Shown here: one piece after another, positions 8,033 through 15,452 of the stretch | Layout of the letters: every line of letters starts with the position of its first letter | Numbering within the stretch: the stretch's first letter is position 1 | Virus record (IMG/VR): IMGVR_UViG_3300037479_000127 | Location: 1-24,784 of that record | Source of the DNA: a virus | Lineage: Duplodnaviria > Caudoviricetes | Strand: one strand, 5' to 3' | DNA: 24,784 nucleotides | Translations under genes and position numbers: made by a program | Notes under the pieces: generated by a model | What the model was told of the DNA's origin: nothing | What the model saw: the letters and a program-made list of their open reading frames with translations, nothing else | Database searches by the model: none

Positions 8033-8155
8033 CTATACCCATCCTTCCCACACGGCGACGATTGCCACCACGGTTACGAGGAATCCAAGCAGGCACCAAG
8101 TCTCCGCCCGCTCCGCTTCGGTCCGCCCGATTGCACAGTCAATGGACGCTAGCAT
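8033..8155 (-). CDS. 40-aa membrane peptide
   Basis: MLASIDC...WCLLGFLVTVVAIVAVWEGWV. The start overlaps the upstream stop. Confidence 0.45.
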   Translation of the reverse strand: MLASIDCAIGRTEAERAETWCLLGFLVTVVAIVAVWEGWV

Positions 8156-8472
8156 GCGACTCTCGGACGTGTTGTTGTCGTGGTGGACACAGTCGGTATC
8201 GTCGTCGTAGACTTCCCGCACGTCGCAGGTACACACGCAAGCTGGTCCGCTACCACGTCATAGCATTGAACCCGTCGCGTCGGTTCTTCGTGCTCGCATG
8301 TTCGCAGCAACGTCAATACCATCACCCGCATGCAGCTTCCTACCGCTGGCAGCGTCCCGACGGGTTTTCCGTTGACGTGGAATACTGCACACGACGAAGG
8401 GGCTTCCGGCGTTGCCACCAGCATCGCCGTCAAAGCGCCCCATGCACACCATGCCAACACCGTCGTTTTCAT
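8149..8472 (-). CDS. Putative exported Cys-rich protein with Thr-rich tail
   Basis: ATGA overlap with the upstream gene. Signal-like N-terminus MKTTVLAWCAWGALTAMLVATPEA and tail STTTIPTVSTTTTT. Confidence 0.6.
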   Translation of the reverse strand: MKTTVLAWCAWGALTAMLVATPEAPSSCAVFHVNGKPVGTLPAVGSCMRVMVLTLLRTCEHEEPTRRVQCYDVVADQLACVPATCGKSTTTIPTVSTTTTTRPRVAC

Positions 8473-8648
8473 TCCTGCGACTCCTGCGGCTCCTGCGGCT
8501 CCTCGTGGCACTCGCATTCACACGGTTCCCAGCTCTCCACTGCCTCGACTTTACAACTGTCGTTTATCATCTCTATGAATCCCTCGCGAAAACCGGGGCA
8601 GTTTTTGCAAGCACAAGGGCACAATGCTTCGTGTTCGCAGTCGTTCAT
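8469..8648 (-). CDS. Small acidic Cys-rich protein (CxCxCH)
   Basis: MNDCEHEALCPCACKNC...CECECHEEPQEPQESQE. GGGAGG RBS. Confidence 0.6.
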   Translation of the reverse strand: MNDCEHEALCPCACKNCPGFREGFIEMINDSCKVEAVESWEPCECECHEEPQEPQESQE

Positions 8649-8787
8649 TACCGCCTCCCATACACGTTGACTCGCAGATTGACGTGATAGCCGTCCGTGG
8701 AACGCCACGGGGAATCCGCTTCACCCGGCACCACCTAACCGCAGCCGAGACACACGCAACCAGGTTCTCTCTTTCTTTGTCATCATC

Positions 8788-8997
8788 CTACCCTCCGAAA
8801 ATCCACGCCGCGAGCACCACGGACCCCACCGCAATCTCGACTATCCCACAGACAGTCAACACGGGATGACAACGACGGCGAGGCTCCGGTCGCAACGTTC
8901 GAGCGTACATTCTCGCCCATTCTTGCGCGCTTTCGTCGTCGCGGGGTAGGCGCACCATCCGAACCGGCAGCTTGCTTCCTTTCACAAGCATCATCAT
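8788..8997 (-). CDS. Hypothetical protein with C-terminal transmembrane helix
   Basis: GGAAGGGAG RBS. Hydrophobic C-terminus. Confidence 0.55.
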   Translation of the reverse strand: MMMLVKGSKLPVRMVRLPRDDESAQEWARMYARTLRPEPRRRCHPVLTVCGIVEIAVGSVVLAAWIFGG

Positions 8998-9013
8998 GAC
9001 TCCCTTCCGTCAT

Positions 9014-9047
9014 CACTCGTTAACTCAGGCCACTCGTTAACTCAGGC
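9014..9047. repeat. 2 x 17-bp perfect tandem repeat containing the TCGTTAAC box
   Basis: cactcgttaactcaggc twice. Overlaps the stop of the 9042-9302 gene. Confidence 0.9.
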
Positions 9048-9302
9048 GCGTCGCTCGAACAACCCATCCGCAAGCTGCTCCGCAATCACGTCCTTGATCT
9101 CTCGCTCCTCTTCTCCGTTCAACTCGACTTCCTCGCCCGCACGGTCGCTATCCTGCCGCGTCACCTTCCGTATGTCCACCGTGTAACCGCGGCCTTCCCC
9201 CGGTCCGCCACAGTCGTAGCTTGCCTCGAAATGGACATCCACGGGGATACTCTCACCATCGCGGGTAACGTAGGCCGTCGTTTCGCCCTTCTCGTTACTC
9301 AT
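9042..9302 (-). CDS. Acidic hypothetical phage protein
   Basis: MSNEKGETTAYVTRDGESIPVDVHFEASYD...EVELNGEEEREI. GAGGAGAGG RBS and ATGA overlap. Confidence 0.7.
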   Translation of the reverse strand: MSNEKGETTAYVTRDGESIPVDVHFEASYDCGGPGEGRGYTVDIRKVTRQDSDRAGEEVELNGEEEREIKDVIAEQLADGLFERRA

Positions 9303-9763
9303 GTTCCTCTCCTCTCGCCCTTGTGCTGCCACGCACCCTTGTGCTGCCACCACAGTTTCCAGGGGTATTCCACACACCCACTTCTGTCCCCGACGACTCC
9401 GCACGCGCATCTTGACGCATGGTACCTCGGCTTCACCCGCAACAGCCGCGCATGTGTCTGCCTCGGCGTTTCCTGCACTTCTGGCGGTCCCTCTCGCGGC
9501 TTGCGCGGTTGTCGCCACAACGGCCATAAGTAGATGCTCGCGCGCTTGACCCACTTGTCGAACGGGACGCGCGAGCTTCCCAGGTACGCCCGCAGTGACT
9601 TCACTCCTTTGCCGTGATGATCTACAAGCCCCGCGTCCCACCAATAGCACGGGTATTGGTGCTTGTACTGGTCCCGTGTACAGGAACACTTGGGTAAGCT
9701 ATCACGGTCGATCCGTCGCCGTTCCATCGCTAGCCGCGCCTTCTTCGCACCATGGCGGTTCAT
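9299..9763 (-). CDS. Basic hypothetical protein
   Basis: The ORF tiles the operon and contains CSC and CACG motifs plus a WQHKG duplication. The start is uncertain. Confidence 0.5.
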   Translation of the reverse strand: MNRHGAKKARLAMERRRIDRDSLPKCSCTRDQYKHQYPCYWWDAGLVDHHGKGVKSLRAYLGSSRVPFDKWVKRASIYLWPLWRQPRKPREGPPEVQETPRQTHARLLRVKPRYHASRCACGVVGDRSGCVEYPWKLWWQHKGAWQHKGERRGT

Positions 9764-9768
9764 GGGGT

Positions 9769-9903
9769 TCAGTGATGTACAGCACCAGCGATCATACGGG
9801 ACAGTACTCTCACTGCTGCCCCGCATCGCCGGCAGGTTTCTTCCCATCGCGAGTACAGCACGTCATGTGCCTTGCACCTATCGCACCACACATGCCAAAT
9901 CAC
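9769..9903 (-). CDS. Small zinc-ribbon protein
   Basis: GTGA overlap. WCDRC...TCRRCG. Confidence 0.55.
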   Translation of the reverse strand: MIWHVWCDRCKAHDVLYSRWEETCRRCGAAVRVLSRMIAGAVHH

Positions 9904-10238
9904 AGCTCGTCCTTCCTTTCCGGTTCCTCGCCGTTTGCCAGAAACACTACGCAATCGACGCAGGCGTTATGCCCGTGATACATCTTTTGCGTATCCGTGT
10001 CCACGTAATGCCATACCTCGAAATCCCCTCCAAGGACCGTGCCACAGATATCGCACCCCGACCGCGAAAAATGCGCTTCGTTTACTATCTCGCCATCTTC
10101 CCACGCCGCGGTGTACTCCTCCACTGTCTTCCCAAAGTCACTGGCGCATTCTTCGCATGCTGGCGCTCGTCCCGTGGATACTGCCTCGCATCCTGCAAGA
10201 TTGCGCGTGACTGCTTGCACGTATGCCGAGTCACTCAT
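9900..10238 (-). CDS. Conserved phage zinc-binding hypothetical protein
   Basis: Three CxxC pairs: CEEC, FSRSGCDICGTVLGGD and CVDC. Confidence 0.7.
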   Translation of the reverse strand: MSDSAYVQAVTRNLAGCEAVSTGRAPACEECASDFGKTVEEYTAAWEDGEIVNEAHFSRSGCDICGTVLGGDFEVWHYVDTDTQKMYHGHNACVDCVVFLANGEEPERKDEL

Positions 10239-10304
10239 CGTCCATCCCTCTCTCCCACCTTGGATCACTGTATGCTTGTCTCACCGCTCGCTCCTCATTG
10301 CTAG

Positions 10305-10379
10305 TCGTTAACCTTTGTGTAGTCGTTAACCTCTAGTCGTTAACCTACAATTCGTTAACCTCGTTAACCTCGTTAACCT
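10305..10379. repeat. Six TCGTTAACCT boxes, intergenic
   Basis: Copies start at 10305, 10323, 10337, 10352, 10361 and 10370. Confidence 0.95.
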
Positions 10380-10398
10380 GCATGCCCGTCGCCAGTCG

Positions 10399-10572
10399 TT
10401 ACGGCACCTCGTCCTCGCGACGCGCCCGCCGGTACTTCGCCACGTCGTCCGCCATGTCGAGAATTCGCTCACTGTCCCGGTAGCGCAGCAATGCAGCCCG
10501 GAGATTGTCACTCAACCGTGCATCCGTGCTCGGGTCACGGAGGATGCGCTCAATCCAGCTTCCAGGCTGCAT
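10399..10572 (-). CDS. Hypothetical protein
   Basis: MQPGSWIERILRDPST...LRAALLRYRDSERILDMADD. AAGGGGGG RBS. Confidence 0.55.
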   Translation of the reverse strand: MQPGSWIERILRDPSTDARLSDNLRAALLRYRDSERILDMADDVAKYRRARREDEVP

Positions 10573-10751
10573 GCTGCCCCCCTTCGTTCCGGCCCTTGCC
10601 ATACGCCTGCGTGCGCCGGGCATTCGGTGAATGTCAAATTCCCGCATCCGGGTTGGCATGGAAACGCCGCGCATCCACACCTGAAATCTACCCGGACCAC
10701 CGGATGGAAGCGCCCGATCCCGTACTTAGTCACCCCGCTAATTCCAAGCAT
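10512..10751 (-). CDS. Cys-rich paralog C (VxFxCGC...PGC...CxxH)
   Basis: MLGISGVTKYG...VVRVDFRCGCAAFPCQPGCGNLTFTECPAH. Confidence 0.7.
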   Translation of the reverse strand: MLGISGVTKYGIGRFHPVVRVDFRCGCAAFPCQPGCGNLTFTECPAHAGVWQGPERRGAACSLEAGLSASSVTRARMHG

Positions 10752-10938
10752 GTTTGCTCCCTTCGTCCATGCTCCGGCCCCAGTGCCGGTGCTCCTTGCA
10801 CCGACGGAACATCAGGCGATCACAACCAGGATGCTTACAGGTGTGCAGGATGCATCCGCAGCCGAAATCCACCCAAAAGCCGCGGTGTCCGCTCTCTTGC
10901 CCATCCCACCACGTCACCCTACGAATCCCCAAGTCCAT
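10738..10938 (-). CDS. Cys-rich paralog B
   Basis: MDLGIRRVTWWDG...WVDFGCGCILHTCKHPGCDRLMFRRCKEH. Confidence 0.7.
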   Translation of the reverse strand: MDLGIRRVTWWDGQESGHRGFWVDFGCGCILHTCKHPGCDRLMFRRCKEHRHWGRSMDEGSKHAWN

Positions 10939-11134
10939 GCCTGTCCCCTCCCCGGTTCTTGTGCTCTCTCTCGGCTGCCCGATGTGCCGAGCACCGGCTG
11001 AATGTCAGGTGCCCGCAACCCGGTTCGCAAGGGAACGCCGCACACCCGCACCGGAAATTTACCCGGACAACCGAGTGTAAACACCCGCGAAATCTTCTAC
11101 TCCCGTACTTAATCACCTCGCGGATTCCAAGCAT
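10919..11134 (-). CDS. Cys-rich paralog A
   Basis: MLGIREVIKYG...VVRVNFRCGCAAFPCEPGCGHLTFSRCSAH. ATG 11134 has a purine-rich RBS. Confidence 0.7.
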   Translation of the reverse strand: MLGIREVIKYGSRRFRGCLHSVVRVNFRCGCAAFPCEPGCGHLTFSRCSAHRAAEREHKNRGGDRHGLGDS

Positions 11135-11239
11135 GACCCTCTCTCTTTCCGGTGCCCAAGGCATTCGCTCAGCTGCCCCCACGGTTGGAGACTCCAAGCA
11201 TGTTTGCCTTGCCTCCCTTTTCTCCTTGCCCTTCCCCGT

Positions 11240-11268
11240 CGTAGCTCTTTGAAGAGTAGACCCGCCGT
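11240..11268. repeat. Inverted repeat, left arm (pairs with 12732-12760)
   Basis: cgtagctctttgaagagtagacccgccgt matches the reverse complement of 12732-12760 at 27 of 29 positions. Confidence 0.9.
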
Positions 11269-11308
11269 TCCTCTTAGCTAGGTTGTTGTTAGGTTGTTGG
11301 TCTTTCCC

Positions 11309-12709
11309 CTACGCCGCCAAGTACCGCACGGGCTCCCGGCGCACTATCCACGAAGCGATTGCTGCCTCCGCATCGCGCCGAACCGGCGTTGCTTCTCCCT
11401 GGATGTATCTTGTGAATCCCTGCGCCAGGTCGCTTCGTACGATGCGCGCCTTGTCCCGACGCTCGCTATCGAACGTCAATGCGAGGTGCTTGACTCTCTC
11501 TTCGGTTCGGCCTGGCAACACTCCGAGCAACGCGCCCCGGCGTGCCGTGAGCATGTACCGGAAGAACCCCGGCACTACTTGCTCCATTGGTACGAGGGCC
11601 GGCACTTCCATCTCTTCTTCGCGTGCCAGCCCCCATGCTTCGCACAGTGTGCGAATTGCTTGCGTTGCACCGTGCGCCATCGCAGTCAGGTCTAGCAGCA
11701 CCTGACCGCGATGCACTCGACTCACACTGGCTGTCGGGGCCTGGTACGTCCCGGCGTTCAAGCACGCCAGTATGATGATCCCTCCGCCGCCTGTCACTCT
11801 CCGTGTACCATTGTCGCGCCCTGCGAAGGATACGTAGCCTTCGAAAGGTTCCCCTACTGCTTGTTCTTGCACCGGCGTGGGCGTAAAGACGCTTGCCCTC
11901 AATTCCCACGTTGTGGTGACCGGATCGTAGCTGAATGATCCTTTTGCCTCGTGAGGTAGCTCTCGCAGTATGTCTGGCAGCACTTCCGGTGCGTCGGCTT
12001 CGCTGTACTTCGTGGAGGTGACTGCAAAGATATCCCCCAAGCCCCACCTCGCGCGGATCTTGATCGGAAGATCGGCAAAGCGACGGCACTCGCGTGCCAT
12101 CACATCCAGGATAGCATCTCTGTCTAATGCTTTCCACGTTCGCACCGTCTCGGCTGGCACGTCTTCTTCGCCGTGCCCTGCCCCGGCGATGCGGTCCCGC
12201 AACCCGAGTACGTACCCTAGCGCGGGTGAGTGCATGCGCGCGAGCAAGCCACGAATGGCCTGCTCCTGCATCTTTAACCCGTTGAAGGTCAATGCTCCGT
12301 TGATGGCTAACGACTTGCCAAGCTCGCCGGCCGTGGTCACGATGCTTTCGCGCTTTTCGGCCTGGATGCGCTCGATTAGCGCATCGGCCGCTTCGCGCAA
12401 CGGTTGCTTTGCGGCGTGCTCGCGTGCTCGGGCTTCCTGACGGCGATACCCTACCTCCGCCATCCGTGTTCCCGTGTCGTACAACTGACCTTTCGTGTTC
12501 TCGATTCCGACCTTGGCACGCAGTTGCTCGATCCGTGCCTTCGCGGTCGGATCTACCACTTGCTGCGAAAACGTACTGACTTCCTTCGTGACCTTGCTCT
12601 CGCCTGACACCCACGGCCCTAGCCGCTGGATTGCATCGGCGAGTACCGATTCCCATGTGCTTTCGTCGGCCACATGGGTTTCCCCCTTGTGGTGGATGAT
12701 TACTTTCAT
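11309..12709 (-). CDS. DUF932-like protein
   Basis: FAVTSTKYSE, SFAGRDNGT...IILACLNA and RVHRG motifs. The start is moved to ATG 12709 (MKVIIHH), which has a GGAAGAGG RBS. Confidence 0.7.
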   Translation of the reverse strand: MKVIIHHKGETHVADESTWESVLADAIQRLGPWVSGESKVTKEVSTFSQQVVDPTAKARIEQLRAKVGIENTKGQLYDTGTRMAEVGYRRQEARAREHAAKQPLREAADALIERIQAEKRESIVTTAGELGKSLAINGALTFNGLKMQEQAIRGLLARMHSPALGYVLGLRDRIAGAGHGEEDVPAETVRTWKALDRDAILDVMARECRRFADLPIKIRARWGLGDIFAVTSTKYSEADAPEVLPDILRELPHEAKGSFSYDPVTTTWELRASVFTPTPVQEQAVGEPFEGYVSFAGRDNGTRRVTGGGGIIILACLNAGTYQAPTASVSRVHRGQVLLDLTAMAHGATQAIRTLCEAWGLAREEEMEVPALVPMEQVVPGFFRYMLTARRGALLGVLPGRTEERVKHLALTFDSERRDKARIVRSDLAQGFTRYIQGEATPVRRDAEAAIASWIVRREPVRYLAA

Positions 12710-12731
12710 ACGCTTGTTCCTCTTCCGGGGG

Positions 12732-12760
12732 ACGGCGAGTCTACTTTTCAAAGAGCTACG
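12732..12760. repeat. Inverted repeat, right arm (pairs with 11240-11268)
   Basis: acggcgagtctacttttcaaagagctacg. Confidence 0.9.
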
Positions 12761-12866
12761 GGCGAGCGGACTCGATTCCCTTCGCGCAACCTTGGCGTGC
12801 CGTCGCCTGCGTTCAGCCTGTCGTTTCTCGCTCACCTGCGTCAGCACGCGCCGTGCCAATCGTACC

Positions 12867-13523
12867 TTACGCATTCTCGGGCTCTTTCCGGCTGGTGACC
12901 GTTGCATTATTGCCGATCATGTCACTATTGCAACGGACAGGTCGGCCGCATCGCACGCAACCGTCCTTGACCTGCGCTCGCTTCCACTTCTTGAGCACGG
13001 TGCGGTACCGGCACCGTAGCGTGCCATCCACCATGACGTGCAAACCTTCCCATTGCCATCCGGCGCCACGCCGGAACCGGGGCCGTCGGGTCTTCGTGGT
13101 ATCGTACCACGCAATGTGCCCTTGTGTTCCTCGCCGGCCACGCAACGCTTGATACTCTTCCCATTCCTGCGGCGTTGCTACGTGTTCCAGCACACGGCCG
13201 CACACGAAGCACGCTTGACCTACTCGCTCCCCGTAGTCCAAGTTGTAGGTGTGGTCACTCGTACGTGTGCGATGCCGTGGCGGTACCGTTTGAGCCACGC
13301 GCGCAACGTGCGCCAGCTTCTCCGCTTCGCGTGACCACCGCCGGCCGGTGCGGTACTCGCACACGAAGGTCCCGTCCGCCAGGCGACGATGCTTCCCAAA
13401 CCAGTGCCAGCGGCGATCTTGCTGCCCCCGTCGCCCCGGCGGGCCTTGTTGTTCGCCCACGAAGTCAAAGAGGCACTCTTCCCGGCCATGCCAGTAGCAA
13501 ACGCCTGTCCAGTAGCATTGCAT
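12867..13523 (-). CDS. Basic Trp/Cys-rich hypothetical protein (first gene of the left arm)
   Basis: Long ORF with CFVCGR and CVRCGR motifs. No clear RBS, so the start is uncertain. Confidence 0.45.
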   Translation of the reverse strand: MQCYWTGVCYWHGREECLFDFVGEQQGPPGRRGQQDRRWHWFGKHRRLADGTFVCEYRTGRRWSREAEKLAHVARVAQTVPPRHRTRTSDHTYNLDYGERVGQACFVCGRVLEHVATPQEWEEYQALRGRRGTQGHIAWYDTTKTRRPRFRRGAGWQWEGLHVMVDGTLRCRYRTVLKKWKRAQVKDGCVRCGRPVRCNSDMIGNNATVTSRKEPENA

Positions 13524-13699
13524 GAATTCGGAGTGTAGCAAGAGGAAGACGGGAGCACAATCGAGGTTCGCGAACGGCGCAGCAAGCCACGCGGTTCAAT
13601 GAGCCACATGCCCCGCCGTCTCTCCCTTTGCCTTTGAGGTTCTCGGGTCAATTGTGGTATTGCTTCTCCGGTCGTCTCAAGCCGTCTCAACCCTCTCCT

Positions 13700-13768
13700 G
13701 TCCGTCCGTCCGTCCGTTCCTCTCTCTATATAAATATATATATATATATATTATATAGGGTATACCCT
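13700..13768. other. Candidate replication origin or strand-switch region
   Basis: (GTCC)x4 at 13700-13715, a 31-bp pure A/T tract at 13727-13757 and the palindrome AGGGTATACCCT at 13757-13768. Coding strand and purine skew switch here. Confidence 0.5.
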
Positions 13769-14260
13769 GTGGAGAGGGGGGAGAATGTGGGTATTGAACG
13801 CGGTCGTATGGGAGCGAGAGCGCAGTGCGGGGGGCAATGTGGGGATTGGGGAGAATTACAATTGGTCAGAGACGGGGATAGGCAGGGGGGGAAGGTGGGG
13901 TTTGTGGCTTATTGAACGGTTGGAGCCGGACGGGGGCAAGTGGGTTTGTGCGAGGGGGAGAGGGGTAGGATTGTGAAAATTGAGCGGACGGGTACGGGGG
14001 AGGGGAGGAAGATTTCTAGCAAGGTAGCAACATACAGTGACGCGAGGGTGGGAATGGCTTGGGCGAGCTGCGCGGTGCGACCCAAGATTGGGTCGCATGG
14101 AACTCCCGCCCCGATACAGTGGACGCAGAAGAAGGGTGGTGGAGTGGGACTCCCCGAACGCCACGGGCGCGCATGGCAATGTGGAGATTGCAGGGGCGGC
14201 AGGGCGCGCGGCAGGTCGGTTGACACACTTCGCGGAGTGGGGTAGCGTGAGACGGAGAGG

Positions 14261-14524
14261 ATGAAGAGAAAGCGGAAGACGGGGGTGATGCTGGCGCGGG
14301 AGGCTGGCATCCCTGCGGGCAGGGCGTTCCAAGGTGAACGGGTCATCAACGCGACGCTGTGGAATGTCGCCAGGGCCTTGCGGTGGTTGGAGCCGAGATT
14401 GCGGTGGCGCGGGTTGGAGGACGGGGCCGAGTGCTGCCGGTGGGATGTAGGGTGCTACGCGCGACTTGCACGGGAGCATGCGGAGTACGTCGCAGCCAAC
14501 CTTCATGCCACGGACAAGAGGTGA
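14261..14524 (+). CDS. Hypothetical protein
   Basis: GGAGAGG directly before the ATG. Ends 4 bp before the RyR-domain gene. Confidence 0.55.
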   Translation: MKRKRKTGVMLAREAGIPAGRAFQGERVINATLWNVARALRWLEPRLRWRGLEDGAECCRWDVGCYARLAREHAEYVAANLHATDKR

Positions 14525-14528
14525 GTGT

Positions 14529-14876
14529 ATGACACCAGCGGAGATTGCTGCCATCTGCCACGAGGCCAACCGGGCGTACAGTCAAATCCTGGGCGACGAT
14601 CCGCAGGTGCCGTGGAAGGACGCACCCCGGTGGATGCAGGCACGCATCATCCGGGGAGTGGAGCTGGTTCTCCGCCACCCGGAGATGACTCCAGAGGCGC
14701 TGCACGCAGCGTGGTGCCAAGATCGCCAGGCGGACGGGTGGGTCTACGGAGCGACGAAGGACGAGGTGGCGAAGACTCACCCCTGTCTCGTTCCCTACGA
14801 TCAACTGCCAGAGGGGCAGCGGCGGAAGGACCGGCTCTTTGGGGCAATCGTACGGGCACTCGGCAGCCAACCGTGA
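14529..14876 (+). CDS. Phage RyR-domain protein
   Basis: IAAICHEANRAY...HAAWCQDRQADGWVYG...KTHPCLVPYDQLPEGQRRKDRLF. Confidence 0.88.
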   Translation: MTPAEIAAICHEANRAYSQILGDDPQVPWKDAPRWMQARIIRGVELVLRHPEMTPEALHAAWCQDRQADGWVYGATKDEVAKTHPCLVPYDQLPEGQRRKDRLFGAIVRALGSQP

Positions 14877-15160
14877 CAACGAACGACGCTCGAACTCGCT
14901 ACTTCCAACGAGTCGGACGAGCGCGCGCCGGGCCGGACGTGTGGCAGGAGATCCACGAGCCACGAAGGACGACGGAGGAGATCATCGTGTTGCAGAGGGT
15001 CGAAATGAACGAGATTCGGCCATGTGGAGTGGGCGGGTGTCCGGTCCTGGTCTTGGGTAGACAGCCGTGTGAGACGCATCGCCCGAAGATGCGATGTTGG
15101 ACGTGCGGGAAGCCCATGCGAGTGGAAGCAGAGCATCTCGCGTGCCGGGGAAGCGCCTGA
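14873..15160 (+). CDS. Zinc-binding hypothetical protein
   Basis: GTGA overlap. CGVGGC...CETH...CWTCGK. Confidence 0.55.
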   Translation: MTTNDARTRYFQRVGRARAGPDVWQEIHEPRRTTEEIIVLQRVEMNEIRPCGVGGCPVLVLGRQPCETHRPKMRCWTCGKPMRVEAEHLACRGSA

Positions 15161-15200
15161 TGCGGCCGGGGCGCCGAAGGGATCGGCCAGGGGATCGGCC

Positions 15201-15425
15201 ATGACCTACACGACGATCCCAGGGCCGTGGGCCGGGCTGCCCCTGTCCCTGCCTCTCTTTTTCATGGCGCGCGAAGAGCCCCTCACGCTCTTCGGGTCCC
15301 CGGTGATGTGCTGTACGAAGCTGGCTTTTCCCTTCATGACCTTCGTCGCCTTCCTCTGCGGGTGCTGGCGCCTGGATCTCCCCTGCGAAACGGTGCTGGC
15401 GAGGTGCGCGGCGTGCAGCCGATGA
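15201..15425 (+). CDS. Cys-rich hypothetical protein
   Basis: MTYTTIPG...VAFLCGCWRLDLPCETVLARCAAC. Confidence 0.4.
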   Translation: MTYTTIPGPWAGLPLSLPLFFMAREEPLTLFGSPVMCCTKLAFPFMTFVAFLCGCWRLDLPCETVLARCAACSR

Positions 15426-15452
15426 AGGGTGGCCCCGCGAAGGAGCGCCAGC

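Noticed and set aside
9318-9350. Short coding tandem repeats (WQHKG x2; also QEP repeats near 8472-8502)
   Set aside because: These are in-frame slippage duplications with no evidence of function.
10305-10379. CRISPR array
   Set aside because: The repeats are 10 bp with 0-8 bp gaps. There are no 25-40 bp repeats or unique spacers, and the Cas4-like gene sits in a recombination module.
11240-12760. IS element
   Set aside because: The enclosed ORF is DUF932-like with no DDE or HUH motifs, and no target-site duplication is visible.
12710-12907. 66-aa N-terminal extension of the DUF932 ORF
   Set aside because: It is Arg-rich and low in information, spans the inverted repeat, and a better RBS precedes ATG 12709.
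393-13019. Long plus-strand ORFs across the left arm (e.g. 393-1172, 2987-4039, 7447-8670)
   Set aside because: These are antisense shadows of motif-bearing minus-strand genes in high-GC DNA, with no motifs or RBSs of their own.
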